Positions 1 through 11,730 of a stretch of DNA of 64,000 bases are shown here, one piece after another. Positions within the stretch are counted from its first letter, which is position 1, and each line of letters opens with the position of its first letter. Made by a program: the position numbers and the translations under genes. Source of the stretch: Pelagomonas calceolata (Eukaryota); assembly GCA_918797485.1 (NCBI GenBank), contig CAKKNE010000006.1:124001-188000 (forward strand). The letters run 5' to 3'. Under the pieces are notes generated by a model. That model did not search any database. It saw nothing but the letters and a program-made list of their open reading frames with translations, and had not been told where the DNA came from.

Positions 1-656
1 TCTTTCGACGAGCTCTTGGCTTTGTAGTGCTGCGAGGACGCTGTAAGCACTCGCCGTCGCCGTCGCGAGTGGGTTACTGCCGAGCGCGTCCAGTGCGTTT
101 CGCGCTCGCGCGGCATCGTTGGCTCGCCAGAGGATCTCTCCGAATTTTGACGTGCTCCGAGCGTGTGGAAATGAGTCCTGCGGCAGTGGTGCGCCCGCGG
201 CAGCGTTTTGCAGCAGGGAGAGCTGGCTCTGGAAAATGAGCTTGCTGTCACGCAGGGCTGGAATTCGTGGCAGAATCGATGCGAGCACGAGTTGTGCGAC
301 TCTCATCTGTCGCCTCGCACGCTTGCATGCAGGAATTATGCCAGCAATGCGCCCCGGCCTGCCAAGCAAATTGATGCAGCAAACTAGACACACTAGCCTG
401 ACCGCGATGAAAAAGCCTCCGCTGTGCGCGCGCGCCCCCCTAGCCACCCCGCGCACCCCGGGCTGCCCGCGACGTGCAGCGCCGCCCCTGTTAGCCCGGA
501 AATGAGAGTTGCCCGCGTGAAAAATGGCCCAGAACCCGCTGAGCACGGCCTTCAGCTTGGGGGCTGCCTTAGCTGCCGCGTCGCGCCGCCGCCTGGCCTT
601 CGCCCGACTTTTACCTTTCGCCCCTCTACCCCGTGGTGACGGCGCGGCGTTTCGGC

Positions 657-714
657 GGGGGCTCCATCGTGAACGCGCACAGCCGGGGGGCTCCATCGTG
701 AACGCGCACGGCCG
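657..714. repeat. 29-bp tandem duplication (2 copies, 1 mismatch)
   Basis: gggggctccatcgtgaacgcgcac(a/g)gccg at 657-685 and 686-714. Confidence 0.9.
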
Positions 715-1164
715 GGTCAGCCGATCTTTCTTTCCGGGCGTCGCCGGCATGGCGCGCCTACTTTCTTTATCATTGGCGGGTCGAGCCCGGAACACGGACG
801 GCACCCATCCTCGGGCATCGAGTGGTGCGCGTTCGGAGGTATCCGGCCCGTTTCCTGAAGTTCTGCCGCCGGCATGGCGGCGAGCCTCATCTGCCTGCGA
901 CCGGACCGACCCTACGGAGCGGAGCCGGTCTCGACCTGGGAGGCGTTGGGGGCGGCGGCATGCCGCCCCCCGTAACCTTGGCCGCGCCAGCCGAGCTTTC
1001 GTAGGCCCTCCGAATCGCCGTGGCATCCATTGAACCCATTAGTTCCGTTCCGACGAGTTATTGTCAAGGGCCGTCTGGGCGGGTCGGAGCTCTCGCTCCC
1101 CGCTTCAGGATTGCTCGGCCTGGTGTGCGAGGGCATCTCTCTCACCACTTGATTTCCGGCTCGT

Positions 1165-1340
1165 CGTAAAAGAGGAGCCAGCGGCCAGTTCCACATCCTG
1201 ACGGGGGTCGTCCCAAAAGAAGGGGGGGCGTGCGAGTCCCTGTGACTCAGCCCTTGCGTCCTAGTCCAGCCGGACGGGTGGGCCCAGGGGGAGCGGGAGG
1301 GGTACGGGGAACCCTGCGACGTAACTAGCCTCAGCCTCAG
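1165..1340 (-). repeat. ~175-bp dispersed repeat, copy 1 (inverted relative to copy at 32748-32920)
   Basis: Reverse complement nearly identical to 32748-32920; both give the same spurious translation SQGSPY.SRSP.AHPSGWTRTQGLSHRDSHAPP. Confidence 0.9.
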
Positions 1341-1378
1341 ACCGCCACGCGGTAATCGCCTCTGCGAGAACAGCAATT

Positions 1379-1822
1379 TTAAATTAGACTCCTCCCTTCA
1401 AAGTCCGTGTCCAGCAGGGACGGCATCTCGACGGCGGGCGCGGGCGCCGCGGCGCGGTCCGCCCGCCGCCGCACGCGCTCGTCGTGCGCGCCCGGCCCGA
1501 GGAAGTCCGTGTCCGCGGCGAGCAGCGACTGGCCCGACTCGACCTCGGGCCGCTTCGGTCGACACCGGTCGTACGCCAGCGTCGCGATCGACAGGAGGAG
1601 GATGAAAAAATAATACTGCGCGGCCTCGTAGCATTTCTCGGAGGCCTTGGCGGGCTCGTCGACGCCCAGCACATACAGGGGCTGCCGGTGGAGCAGGAAG
1701 CCGATCAGACTCAGGAACAGCACGCCGCTCGTCGCGAAGACGACGCAGCAGTTCGCGCAGGCGAGGCACCGCGGCGACGGGAACGCCGCGGCGGCGCGAG
1801 CGCCGGGGTAGGCCGTCGCCAT
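1379..1822 (-). CDS. RNase kappa / V-ATPase V0 subunit f-like two-TM protein
   Basis: CANCCVVFATSGVLFLSLIGFLL...KCYEAAQYYFFILLLS matches the RNASEK-family two-helix pattern; ATG at 1822 (MATAYPG). Confidence 0.6.
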   Translation of the reverse strand: MATAYPGARAAAAFPSPRCLACANCCVVFATSGVLFLSLIGFLLHRQPLYVLGVDEPAKASEKCYEAAQYYFFILLLSIATLAYDRCRPKRPEVESGQSLLAADTDFLGPGAHDERVRRRADRAAAPAPAVEMPSLLDTDFEGRSLI

Positions 1823-2084
1823 CGATGCGTTCTCCCAGCGCTGCTGGACACGTTGCGAGTCAAGCTCGCCTCTCAGCCCAGGGTGCGGCGTTTTGCACCA
1901 GACTTCGCTGGCGCAGGGTGACAACGATAACAAAGACTGTGTCCGCCCTCTGTGCAGTTTGGCTCGATTTGTGGGCAGTACAGTGCCGGCAAAACCCTTG
2001 CTGCCCATTCGCTAGTAAGTTACCGACGCTAGTTAGTTGCCCGTGCAAGCCGTGCTCGCGTGTGAGCTTGCTGGAGCACCAACG

Positions 2085-2646
2085 ATGTTTGCCGCGGCCC
2101 GACAGGGCCTCGGCCGAGTCGCCCAGGCCGCCAGGCCAAGGACGGTGCCGGCGAGGCGGCACATGAGCGCCGATGTACGACACAGCGAGCCAATCAACCT
2201 TTTGGGCCGCGCCGCGCCCCCCGCGGCCCCGCCCGGCCGGTCCGGCTTGCCACTACCCAACGGCAGCGGTGGGCAAAAATTCACGCAAAAAACCGGCTTC
2301 GCGCGGCCGCACGAGCGTCCCGAGACCGAACGCAGCAGTCGCCCCAAAACTGCACACACACCGCACACCACAGTTGCCCGACGCCGTCGACCCACCGCAG
2401 GTGTACGTCATCGGCGGCAAAGAGTTCAGCACCGAACAAGTAGTGGGCCTCGTCTTCGGCTTCTACTGCGTCCTCGGCTTCCTCGGCACGCGCGGCGGCT
2501 CGAAGAAGGAGGAGCCGAAGGTGGCCGAGAGCGCGCCGGCCGCGAGCGGCAGCGTCGTGTCCATGCTCGACGACGGCTTCGAGGCCTGGGCGGCCAACCC
2601 GTCCAACATGAAGAAGTGGGAAGACAGCATCGCCGAGATGAAGTAG
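2085..2646 (+). CDS. Small mitochondrial-targeted single-TM protein (exons 2085-2174 and 2374-2646)
   Basis: Arg/Ala-rich presequence MFAAARQGLGRVAQAAR; GT(2175)..AG(2373) intron of 199 nt joins in frame to LPDAVDPPQ...VVGLVFGFYCVLGFLG (TM); alternative in-frame acceptor at 2400. Confidence 0.65.
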
Positions 2647-2683
2647 ACCCGCCCCCTAAGACTTAGTATATAGTAGTAAAAAC

Positions 2684-3952
2684 TTACTGGAGGTTCTCCA
2701 CGAGCGCCTTGTGGAACGTCGCGATGGAGCAGAGGCCGCCCTCCGCGACGTCGTCATACAACTTGTGCTCGCGGTCCCCGAGTTGGGCGCCCGTGGCCCT
2801 GAAGAGGGAGAAGATGTCGTCCTTGTCCCTGAGGTTCGTGAACTCGTCGTCATCAATGCCCATCTGCGACAAGGCGGACGGGTAGAGCAGCTCCTTCCCG
2901 GTGGGGTCGTCGCCGTAGTTCTGCGAGTCGGCGACGGACCGGACCGCGTACTTCGGGATGTCCGTCCGCACGGAAGGCACGCCGAAGGTCCTTCCCCTAG
3001 ATTTCTCGGTGAGGATGTTCCGGTACCCCGGAGTCAGCGTCTTGCCGAGCTCGGGCTCGGGCTCGCAGTCTTCCGGCGCGTAGTCGCCGGCGATGCACTG
3101 GCGCGCGTCCCACTCGCCCTCGCCTCTTACCGACTTCTTCCCATAGCGGTGCATCTTGCCGAATTGATACGCGCCGGTGTGCCCGAGGTACCTCGATTGC
3201 CCGAGCTTGTCTTGTAGGGCTTTAAAATTGCGCATGCGCTGGGAGATGATGGGCTGGGGGTCGAGCTGCTCCATGGCCGCCGTCGCGCCCAGCGCCAGAC
3301 CGTTCAGCGCGACATAACTCCCGACGCCTTCCCCAAATCTATGAGTCTTCAGGTCGCAGCCCTTCCAGTCGTAGTCTCTTGAGCGTTGTTCCCCGGGACC
3401 GTAAGAACCGTGGCTCTTGATGTACTGGGCCCGTTCGCCCGGCACGGGCTTCGCGGACGGCATATAGATCAAAGTTTTCGAGTCGTTCCCTCCAGGCGTG
3501 ATCGTCGACTTGCCGAACTTGTGCTCTCTTGTTCTACACTCCTCGGGTAGCACGTGGCCGTGCGAGAAGCACTTGCCCAGCGGCTCCATCCTCGTGGAGT
3601 GATAATGTCTTTCAGCTTGCGTGAGCTTCGTCTGGGCGTACTCGCTCTCGGCCCCGGGCTGCGCCAGCACATCGTCGACGTGTTCGCCCTCGCCCGGGTC
3701 CTTCTTGCGCACGCCGAAGAACTCCGGGTGCTTCACGTCGCGCCAGTCGTCGACGCCGCCCGGGTGGATGATCCGCGTGCCCGGTACACTGTAGGTCGAC
3801 TTGCGCCACTTCTTGTACCTATCGGGGGTCGGCGGCCGGTCCTCGTCGACGAGGCACTCGGACGTCCTTTCATTGCCGTAATTTGGCCTTGTACCAGCTT
3901 CGGGGGGCAGGGCGTAGGGGTCGACGGGGCGGCCGCGCAGGGTCGTGGCCAT
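2684..3952 (-). CDS. EFHB: EF-hand domain-containing family member B (CFAP21)-like axonemal protein
   Basis: EPLGK, QRSRDYDW, TFGVPSVRTDIP, RSVADSQNYGDD, LLYPS motifs typical of EFHB. Confidence 0.8.
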   Translation of the reverse strand: MATTLRGRPVDPYALPPEAGTRPNYGNERTSECLVDEDRPPTPDRYKKWRKSTYSVPGTRIIHPGGVDDWRDVKHPEFFGVRKKDPGEGEHVDDVLAQPGAESEYAQTKLTQAERHYHSTRMEPLGKCFSHGHVLPEECRTREHKFGKSTITPGGNDSKTLIYMPSAKPVPGERAQYIKSHGSYGPGEQRSRDYDWKGCDLKTHRFGEGVGSYVALNGLALGATAAMEQLDPQPIISQRMRNFKALQDKLGQSRYLGHTGAYQFGKMHRYGKKSVRGEGEWDARQCIAGDYAPEDCEPEPELGKTLTPGYRNILTEKSRGRTFGVPSVRTDIPKYAVRSVADSQNYGDDPTGKELLYPSALSQMGIDDDEFTNLRDKDDIFSLFRATGAQLGDREHKLYDDVAEGGLCSIATFHKALVENLQ

Positions 3953-4276
3953 CTTGGCCGAGCTGTTGTATGTGTGCTAGCACCGCGCGGGGCCGGGGGC
4001 AGCGTTTCGGTGCCGCGGGCTGCTTTTGCCCGGCGCCGCTTGGGCGTTGATGGCGGGGCTAGAGGGAAAAACGCCCGCCCCCTCTCGGAGCTCTCGCGTC
4101 GAGCGGTCCGCAGCGAGCTATGCCTCCAGCCCACGGACGGCACGGATCCCGGGGCCAGCGAGATGCCAGCATCTTGGCCATATGGGCAGCCATCGCAGCC
4201 TGCTCCGATCCAACGTGTCTACCGGTGACAATTAAGACGAGTAGGAGGTGGTTCGAGTAGCATGTATAACGCGGAG

Positions 4277-5234
4277 ATGGCTGGCGAGCAAATTGGCAGC
4301 GTGTGCCTTGCGGAGGTCGTCGCAGTAGAACAGTCCGCGGCGGGGTCGGGCTTCCTGGCCGACGTGGACGTCTTGAGACGCGAACTGGGCCTCGCCGGTC
4401 AGGCCTTCGAGGTGGTCGCGAGCGCCTGCCGCATGATCGGCGTGCCGGCGGAGGGCGGTCTCGTCGCGCAGGCGGCCGCGTGCCGCGCGGCGCTGGTCGG
4501 CGGGCCGCGCGCAAACCCGTCGGACGACGCATTTGTCACGGAGCCGAACTACACAGCGTATACGGGCAAGGCATTGCACGCGCCGGCGGCGGCCCAGATG
4601 GATCGGGGCTTCCCCATCGCCGGGCGCGAGGGGCCGCTGCGCCTGACGCTCGCGTCGCACCCCGGCCAAGCGCTCACGTTGGAAGGCGATTGCTGTTGTC
4701 CGTTTCCGCCGCCGGTCTTCGTCTGCTGCTGTTCCGGCGTCAGGCTAGGGGACGAGCATCGCGCGATGCAAGTCGTCTACAATCCGTTCCGCGGGCAGCT
4801 CCTCCGCCCCGAGGCCTGCAACCAGCGCATACACAACTCGTGGGAAAATTTCGTGCCCAACAATGAAGTGAATTCCTTCCACTGCGGCTGCTTCGACTGC
4901 GACCATCATGAATCCTGGACCCTCTACTCGGACGGGACGATTCACTCGAAATATCATCCGGAGCTGGTGCTCGGCGCCCGCGACGACGGCAAGCTCTGCC
5001 TCGTCCGCCAGGAAGACCAGCGGAGGCGCCTCGCTCTTCTGCGGCGGACGAGGCAGAGCTTGCGCGCGGGGCTCCGTCGACGAGTTCTGGGACGCGCTCA
5101 TGAAGTTCGTCGACGGCCAGAAGGGCGCGACGGGCGCGGAGGGCTTCCTGCTCGAGGCCCTGCGCGCGTCGACGGACTACCGCCAGTTCGCCGTGACGAT
5201 GCGCCAGATGCGGCGCGACCGGTCGGGGAAGTAA
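4277..5234 (+). CDS. Hypothetical protein, apparently frameshifted near 5030-5070; ricin-B-like segment plus BART-like C-terminus
   Basis: WTLYSDGTIHSKYHPELVLGA (beta-trefoil-like repeat) in one frame; SVDEFWDALMKF...FLLEALRASTDYRQFAVTM (ARL2-binding BART-like) in another frame. Confidence 0.4.
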
Positions 5235-6100
5235 AAACTTGTAGTGTTGGGCTGCCCCCAGTCCCAGCTTGACCGGTGCGGCTGCCAGGGAGAGCTAGTA
5301 CTAGAAGTACTACAAGTACGCCGGGCCCGCGCGGCCGCGCCCCCGCGTGTTAGCTCGGAGGCGGCCGCGGAGCTGTGCGACGCGCTCGCGCAATCGGAGA
5401 GGCGTTGCCGGAGGCGTTCTTCCGTACTTCTCCCGCGGTGTTATCCCGAAAAACCCGCGTAAGTGCATTTAGCAAAAGCTCTCCTTTTTTTTCAAATAAG
5501 TGTTGTGCGTTGGGCGTCTAGCGTCAACGCTCAAACACAGAGCATTCGTGTGCAGTCTCCGAGTGCAGTCTCACGACAGAGGCCTAAAAAAGAATAGCAA
5601 AAGTTGCAACTTTTTGGCAAAAGCCAGCCCTCTGTCGCGTTTTTCGTCTCATTTTGCGGCAAGCACCGGCGTCTCGACCGCATGGCTTCGGCCACATTGC
5701 CAGCAGTCACCCCTTTCACAACTCTCGTGTCTGGTCGAAGCCATCCTTCATATTGACGTCGCGGCGACCTCGCGAGCGCGAACGACGAACGGTACGCGAC
5801 ACGCGAATATCCTACGAGACGGAGCTACGGCGCGCGGAGAGGGACGGATGAGAACAAAGGATGACCCCTACGATCTTCTCTTCAAACATTCTTATTACAT
5901 TGGGTCGCACCGCGCAGGCGACCGCCCCCGTTCATCCTCTGAACGCACGACTCCCGCGTCTCCTTTAGCTCCTGCGCACGTCCCCGTACGCGGCGGTCGT
6001 CCGGCACGCCGTCGATCGTCGACCGGTCTCGGGAAGGTGCTCTCTTAATTTGAAGGCACCGCCGCGTCTCGTCGCGCACGTTCAGTCACCTCCCACGCAG

Positions 6101-6621
6101 GCCGCCGCCCGTGGCCGTGCCGCCGTCGCTAAAGCCCTCGTCCCACACGTCGAGGCAGCAGCCAAGTCGCTGCCGACGCGCCGAGCTCGCCGTCGACGCC
6201 AGCGCGGGAATCTTTACCTTCGCCGGCCCTTCTTCTGGTGGTGCACGGTCGCGCCCTTATATATACGTACAAGCGCGTTCCGGGCACGCCGTCCGTCGCA
6301 ACACTTTGCCCCGCCGACTGCGTCCTGGCCGCGCTCTAGTGGTTAGGACGCGTCTCCGCGGCGCGCTCGTATCGTTGATCTCCACACAGGCCGCCGCCCG
6401 TGGCCGTGCCGCCGTCGCTAAAGCCCTCGTCCCACACGTCGAGGCAGCAGCTAAGTCGCTGCCGACGCGCCGAGCTCGCAGTCGACGCCAGCGCGGGAAT
6501 CTTTACCTTCGCCGGCCCTTCTTCTGGTGGTGCACGGTCGCGCCCTTATATATGTGTACAATTGCGCGTTCCCGGCACGCCGCTCGTCGGAACGCGTTGC
6601 CCACACACGGCCGCGCTCTAG
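6101..6621. repeat. Direct duplication, period 289 bp (6101-~6339 and 6390-~6621)
   Basis: gccgccgcccgtggccgtgcc...cgcgcccttatata near-identical for ~175 bp then diverging; both copies preceded by cag (copy 2 by gatctccacacag, an introner-type end). Confidence 0.85.
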
Positions 6622-6724
6622 CCGGGATGTAGAGGTTCGACGCGCGCACGTCCGTCGCGCTCGAAACCTTTCTTTCGCCAAACGCAGGCCCGCCTATACA
6701 GCCAGGCCTATACAGCCAGTACCC

Positions 6725-9700
6725 ATGCCGAGACATAGAGACCGAGTTGTGAAGGGGGCCCTGTGGTTGGGCCGCGGTGGCCGTCCGGACGGCCCACTCC
6801 ACCCGGTAGTCGCACAAAAATTAGAAGCTGCCGTCCAGAACTGCAATGCCGTCGACGCACAAGGGCTGCGCGATTTCTGCGACCACGCCACGCCCAAAGA
6901 ATCGCTCGCCTTGTTCGAGAAAGGCGAAAAGTACTGGATTCATCCGGCCGGTGACGTGCAGCTCTTCTTAAGGACGCAGGCCGCAGAAGCCCTCGGGGCT
7001 ATTAGTAAAGCCAAAGACGTGGAAGCGGCAGTGCGGGCCGTCGGCGCCATCCAAAACGTCTTCGGCTCGCACCTCGGCGTCCACTTCTTCGAGACCGAGT
7101 CGTACGTGAAGCAGTCGAAGCTAGAAGTCCAGGAGGGCAAGGTGCTCGTGATCGAACTGCTCTGCGCCCTGCGGAACAACAAGTTCAACAGCATCAAGGA
7201 CCCGGAGGATTCTCTCACCGCAGCCGAGATATATAAAGCGCTCACAGCTGTCGCCAAGGCGAGCGGCGTAGCGCCCCGTGTGGAAATCAACTTTCAACGC
7301 GTCCCAGCCCGACGCGACGTCGTCCCCGTAACGCATCTGATCGATGTCATGGGCGTTCGAGCGTCTCTTGCAATAATTTCCATTCCACACAGGTAATGCC
7401 CCAGTATATATTGATCCTGGAGGCGGTCCTCGTCCCTGGTCTAGATGGCGTCCTGGTCATCGGCAAGGTCAAGGGCGACGTCTACGAGTACAACCCGAGC
7501 CCCAACATCCACGCGTTCGCGCTGAACCATCTCGAGTCCGAGCCGCGCGCCGCGCTCCTCAACAAGTGCCGGGAGGTGAACGCGGCGATCCTCAAGCGCA
7601 TCTCGGACGACTTCGTCATCGTCGCGTGCGGCGGCAATGCCGAGGTCGAGCTCGGCCACACGCTAAAGCTCCTCAGCGGCGACGCGCGCCGCCGCCTCGT
7701 GGCCAAGTACAGCGTGGCCCACCCGTCCGTGCTAGCATACTGCAAGCCGAAGCAGGTCGAGTTCGTAGCTTGGGCGGAAGTCAAAATTTCACGACGCCTT
7801 CGTGCTGAATCGTCGGCCTTCACGCCATCGACGCAACGCCTGCTCGATGGCATGGCGGTGTAGCTACCTTACCACTCGATGGAGCCAGCACGGTCATCTC
7901 ATCGCCGAGAAATGACTTCGTGAAGAAATATCGTGCACCCGACGCACTGGTTGATTTCCATACAGGTTCCTAGCCAAATTCGCCGAAGCCGTAGACAAAC
8001 TCTGCTTTGCCGACGGTAAGGGGCCGGCCGCCTTGCAGGCATTAGCGGCCACGGGCGACGCGCCGTTGCCGGAGCCGTGGAGTGAATGCAGGAGGGCGTC
8101 GGGGAACAAGAGCCATGCAGGCCGCGTCTACATCGCCGCAACAAAGGACGGCGGCCAGGTCTCCACGGGCAGCCGCATCGATGCGATGAACGCCTCGTTA
8201 CACATCGAAGAGCATCCAGACACGTCCATCGAAGATGCCTTGACGTTCGTCATCAAGGAGCGCGTCGCCTTAGATTACTTCGAGGTCGTCGGTACCCGTG
8301 TTGAAACCGCGTTGTCCCGTTTCCTAACTCACTGGTTGATGTCCACGCAGAAGGTCCGGGTCAGCGGAGGCATGTGGTGGCACAAGTACCCCGGCTTCCC
8401 CCCCATTGGCAACCACAAGCACGCGGTGGCGTTCTCAGCAGCACTCGTGGCCGCGGGAAAGCTCGGCGCGCCCGCCAACGACCCGCTCGTCGCCGAGCTC
8501 TACCACGAGACGGTCGGCGTTCACCTCGAGAAGCGGGTCGCGGCGAAGGAAATGCCCGGCCTTGTGCACACAGTCGTCAACTTGCAGCAGAACAAACACG
8601 TATGGGCCCACGGCGACCTCGTCGCGACCAGCGAGGACCAAGCCCGGAAGTTCTCGGCAGCGCTCAAGAGCAGAGGACTCCTCGAGGCGCGCGCCGGCGA
8701 CCCGCGCGTCCAGTCCACCGCGCGGAAATAAAAGTTCACGGACACATCTTCGCCAAGGTGCGCCCAACTCACTGGTTGATTTCCACAGGTCCAGAAAGCG
8801 TACGACGAGGTCATCCTCGCGCCACTCCTCGCCAAAAAGGAGCAGAGAGGGTTGATAGTCGTCCTCCAATCGAATCCTCCTGCAGTATATAGATGGCACC
8901 TCCCCGGAACAACTATGTATCTGACCAAGGAGAACGACGCCAAGGCCTTCTCGGAAGCGCTGATCCGGGCCAAACTCGTCGACGCGCCCGCCGGCGACCG
9001 GCGTGTCAGGGAGCTGTTCAACAAGACCTTCCCGGACCTGGCCAACAAGAAATGGGCTAACTACATCAAGGCAGTGACAAAGGCGAAGATAGCGGCGTCG
9101 CCGAGGCTCATCGCGGTGGCGAAGGCCGCCGCCGCTGCCGCCGAGCGCCAGTCGCCGCAGAGCTCGCTCACTTCGTCGGACGTCGCTGCGCCTCCGCCGC
9201 GGCCGCGCGCGTCGGGCGTCGCCGCGGCGCCGTCGATCAGTCAGCAGAAACGGAAGGCGTCGCACCCTTCTCTGCAGAACTTCTTTAGGAAGAGGACGAA
9301 GCAGCCGCCGCGCGCCGCGCCGTCGCGCGACGAGCTGGCCCGCGCCGCGGCGCCACCGTCGCGCGACGAGCTGCCGCCGGGCGCCGCCGCGTCGCCCCGC
9401 GACGAGCCGGCGGCCGCCGCCGCCGCGCGCCTCTTCGCGGCGCCGCCGTCGCGCGCCGCGCCGTCGCGCGACGAGCTGGCCCGCGCCGCGGCGCCACCGT
9501 CGCGCGACGAGCCGCCGCCGGGCGCCGCCGCGTCGCCGCGCGACGAGCCGGCGGCGGCCGCCGCCGCGCGCTTCTTCGCGGCGCAGCCGTCGCGCGCCAC
9601 GCCGTCGCGCGACGAGCTGCCGCGCGCCGCGGCGCCGCCGTCGCGCGACGAGCCGCCGCCGGGCGCCGCCGCGTCGCCGCGCGACGAGCCGGCGGCGGCC

Positions 9701-10084
9701 GCCGCCGCGCGCTTCTTCGCGGCGCAGCCGTCGCGCGCCGCGCCGTCGCGCAACGAGCTGCCGCGCGCCGCGGCGCCGCCGTCGCGCGACGAGCCGCCGC
9801 CGGGCGCCGCCGCGCCGCCGTCGCTCGCCCAAGTGACGGTCAAAAAGCGCAGGCGCATCGTCGAGTCCGACGACGAGGACGAGTCGCTGCAGCCGTCGCC
9901 CGAGGCGCACCCGTCCAAGATGCGACGCGTCTCGCCGCCCACGGTCACGGACGAGGCGACGCCCGACGCCCCGGACCCGCGCGTCTCGCCGACAATGATG
10001 GCGGACCTCGTCCAGCTCGCCCGCGAGGACCCCGGCGCCTTTGAAGCGCTCTGCGCCGCCGTGCGGCGGAAGGCGCAATCATGA
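6725..10084 (+). CDS. Multi-exon hypothetical protein (~950 aa) with UDG-like motif, three internal domain repeats and a low-complexity tail; 5' end uncertain
   Basis: Removing introner-type introns 7268-7392, 7761-7965 and 8708-8788 (and probably ~8288-8350) joins ORFs 6527, 7396, 8033 and 8852 into one frame. Confidence 0.7.
7268..7392 (+). mobile_element. Introner intron (degenerate)
   Basis: gtagcgcc + ccgtgtggaaatc ... attccacacag + gtaatgcc (TSD with 2 mismatches); splicing restores frame. Confidence 0.8.
7761..7965 (+). mobile_element. Introner intron, near full length (~200 bp)
   Basis: gttcgtagc / gttcctagc flanking repeat; ends gatttccatacag; interior is the reverse complement of TPI intron 2 interior; splicing restores frame. 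Confidence 0.85.
8288..8350 (+). mobile_element. Short degenerate introner-like intron (in frame; boundaries uncertain)
   Basis: ccgtgttgaaacc ... ctcactggttgatgtccacgcag resembles both TIR ends; no clear TSD. Confidence 0.5.
8708..8788 (+). mobile_element. Short introner intron
   Basis: gtccag...ccgcgcggaaat ... ctcactggttgatttccacag + gtccag; removes in-frame stop at 8729-8731. Confidence 0.8.
9311..9823 (+). repeat. Coding minisatellite, 141-bp (47-aa) unit, ~3.6 copies
   Basis: Units start 9311, 9452, 9593, 9734: RAAPSRDEL.RAAAPPSRDE.PPGAAASPRDEPAAAAAAR.FAA.PS. Confidence 0.92.
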
Positions 10085-10548
10085 GCGATCCGCGACGCGA
10101 TCATCGCGTTCTAATGAAGGGCGTGCCGTCCTCCCTTCCCATCCCTCGCAGTCCCCCGTCTAAATATCATACCCCCGTCGTGTAATGCCAGCATTGGCGG
10201 GTGACAACTCCCGCATGAGAAAGGCAGAGTCAGCGACTATATAATCCGATGCTCTAGCCGTGTCTCGGACCACGACCGCCCTTCGACTTGCGAGAACTCC
10301 ACAATCGGCTCGATTGCCGAGCTCCGGAACGCTTCACGCTTCGTTTCCACGCGCAGGAGATCATCAACAAGCTTCTCAACAACTGCGGCAACCAGAACCT
10401 CCAGTACTTGCTGGTCCCGTCGTGCCTCGAGGCCGCGCTGCTCGTGCTCAATATACACACCACTCCATTGGTTTCTCCAGAAACCACCCGTTCAACCCGA
10501 AGATGTCCATACTCTTATCTATCATCGTCGCTTATTCGTAGTTCTCGG

Positions 10549-10663
10549 CTCGATGTCCTGGTCGAAGGCCGACGCCGTAGTTCTCCGTTCTAAGGAAATG
10601 TCCTAACTCGATGTCCTGGTCGAAGGCCGCACGCCGTAGTTCTCCGTTCTAAGGAAATGTCCT
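10549..10663. repeat. ~56-bp tandem duplication
   Basis: ctcgatgtcctggtcgaaggccg(c)acgccgtagttctccgttctaaggaaatgtcct at 10549-10604 and 10607-10663. Confidence 0.9.
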
Positions 10664-10671
10664 GCGTAGGC

Positions 10672-10872
10672 CTGTGTAGAAATCAAAATTTGGACGCCCC
10701 ACGCCATCGATGCGACGTCGTCCCCTTAACTGTATGTTCGATGGTGTGTAGATTCCACGCCATCGACGCGAGGTTGCCTACATTCCTGCGTCTGCTCGAT
10801 GGCGTTCAGGTTGACGAAGTTCTCCGCGATAATTCTCAAGATAACCGAATTCACTGCTTGATTTCCACACGG
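10672..10872. mobile_element. Introner/MITE element (201 bp) not within an intact gene
   Basis: TIRs ctgtgtagaaatc (10672-10684) and gatttccacacgg (10860-10872); interior shares aaaattt, cacgccatcgacgcg, ctgctcgatggc and tcactg.ttgattt blocks with other copies. Confidence 0.85.
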
Positions 10873-11206
10873 TCGTGGTTAATTCGTAGGCCGCCCCGCT
10901 CCGCGACGCGTCCCGCTCGTAATCCTTGTGCAGTAACCCGAGCGGCCCAATCGTCGGGGCAAAGCGGTTCTTGTGCGAGGTCTAATACATGTCGTGCGCC
11001 ATCGCGGCGTAGCTGGCCGTCTCGGTAGCGTGCGACGTACAGCCGGCGCTGGCTGGAGGGCCGAAACTGTGAATGCTAATAAACGCAGCGCGACGTCGTA
11101 ATCCTGCACGAAAAGGCTGCGAAGCTACGCACTGCGCCTCACATTGACGGCTCGTGCCAGAGGCAACAAAGCCGAGAGTCACGAGCGCTAATAATTGCCA
11201 GCATCC

Positions 11207-11228
11207 CTAGTGTCTTACAGACCGCTAG
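11207..11228 (+). promoter_or_regulatory. CTAG-bounded intergenic motif copy
   Basis: ctagtgtcttacagaccgctag; no intact + strand gene downstream. Confidence 0.55.
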
Positions 11229-11377
11229 CGGATGGCTCAATAAGTGGCTCTCTCTCTCTGATGGCTACCGGTACGAGACTACTTCTAGTACGACGAGTCC
11301 CAGGGAAAAAATAAACAGCACTCTGAATTAGGCAAGCAGCTCGTGGCACCGTTGCAAAGCCCCGGCGTCCCTCGACG

Positions 11378-11730
11378 ATCACCAACAAAGATTGGGAGGT
11401 CCTATCTCTCACGACGCCTCGGACCGCCGATTCGGCTAGAGCATAAGGGTGCGGCTTCAACAAATTCGCATCGTCGCCGGCGCCGAAGCGCGCATACCCA
11501 TCGTCATACAACCGCTCAATTTTCCGGAACGGGTTTATCGCGACGACCACCCCTCCGAGAGAACTATAAATGCGATCTCGTCGGTACCTCCGCCTCAAAC
11601 ACTCGAGCATCGTCGCCTCGCTCAGGTTCTCGAGGGCGGCCATGTCCTCCGTCTCCTCCAATGTTTTATCATTGGTTAAGCGTTCGACGTCGCTGCCGAG
11701 CTTCTCGAGCAGCACGCCGCCGTCGTCCAT
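11378..11730 (-). pseudogene. Myosin motor domain N-terminal fragment
   Basis: EDMAALENLSEATMLECLRRRY..DRIYSSLGGVVVAINPF...PHPYALAESAVR....SQSLLV; homology stops just before the expected SGESGAGKT P-loop and no continuation is visible. Confidence 0.7.

Noticed and set aside
27..1160. Short ORFs at the window start
   Set aside because: No coding bias or recognisable motifs; likely non-coding or TE-derived
6327..6360. tRNA-like ctagtggttaggac (A-box/D-arm) and ggttcga at ~6634
   Set aside because: No cloverleaf or acceptor stem can be built; the two boxes are ~300 bp apart
8435..10104. Long minus-strand ORFs (547 aa, 287 aa)
   Set aside because: Antisense shadows of the GC-rich coding minisatellite
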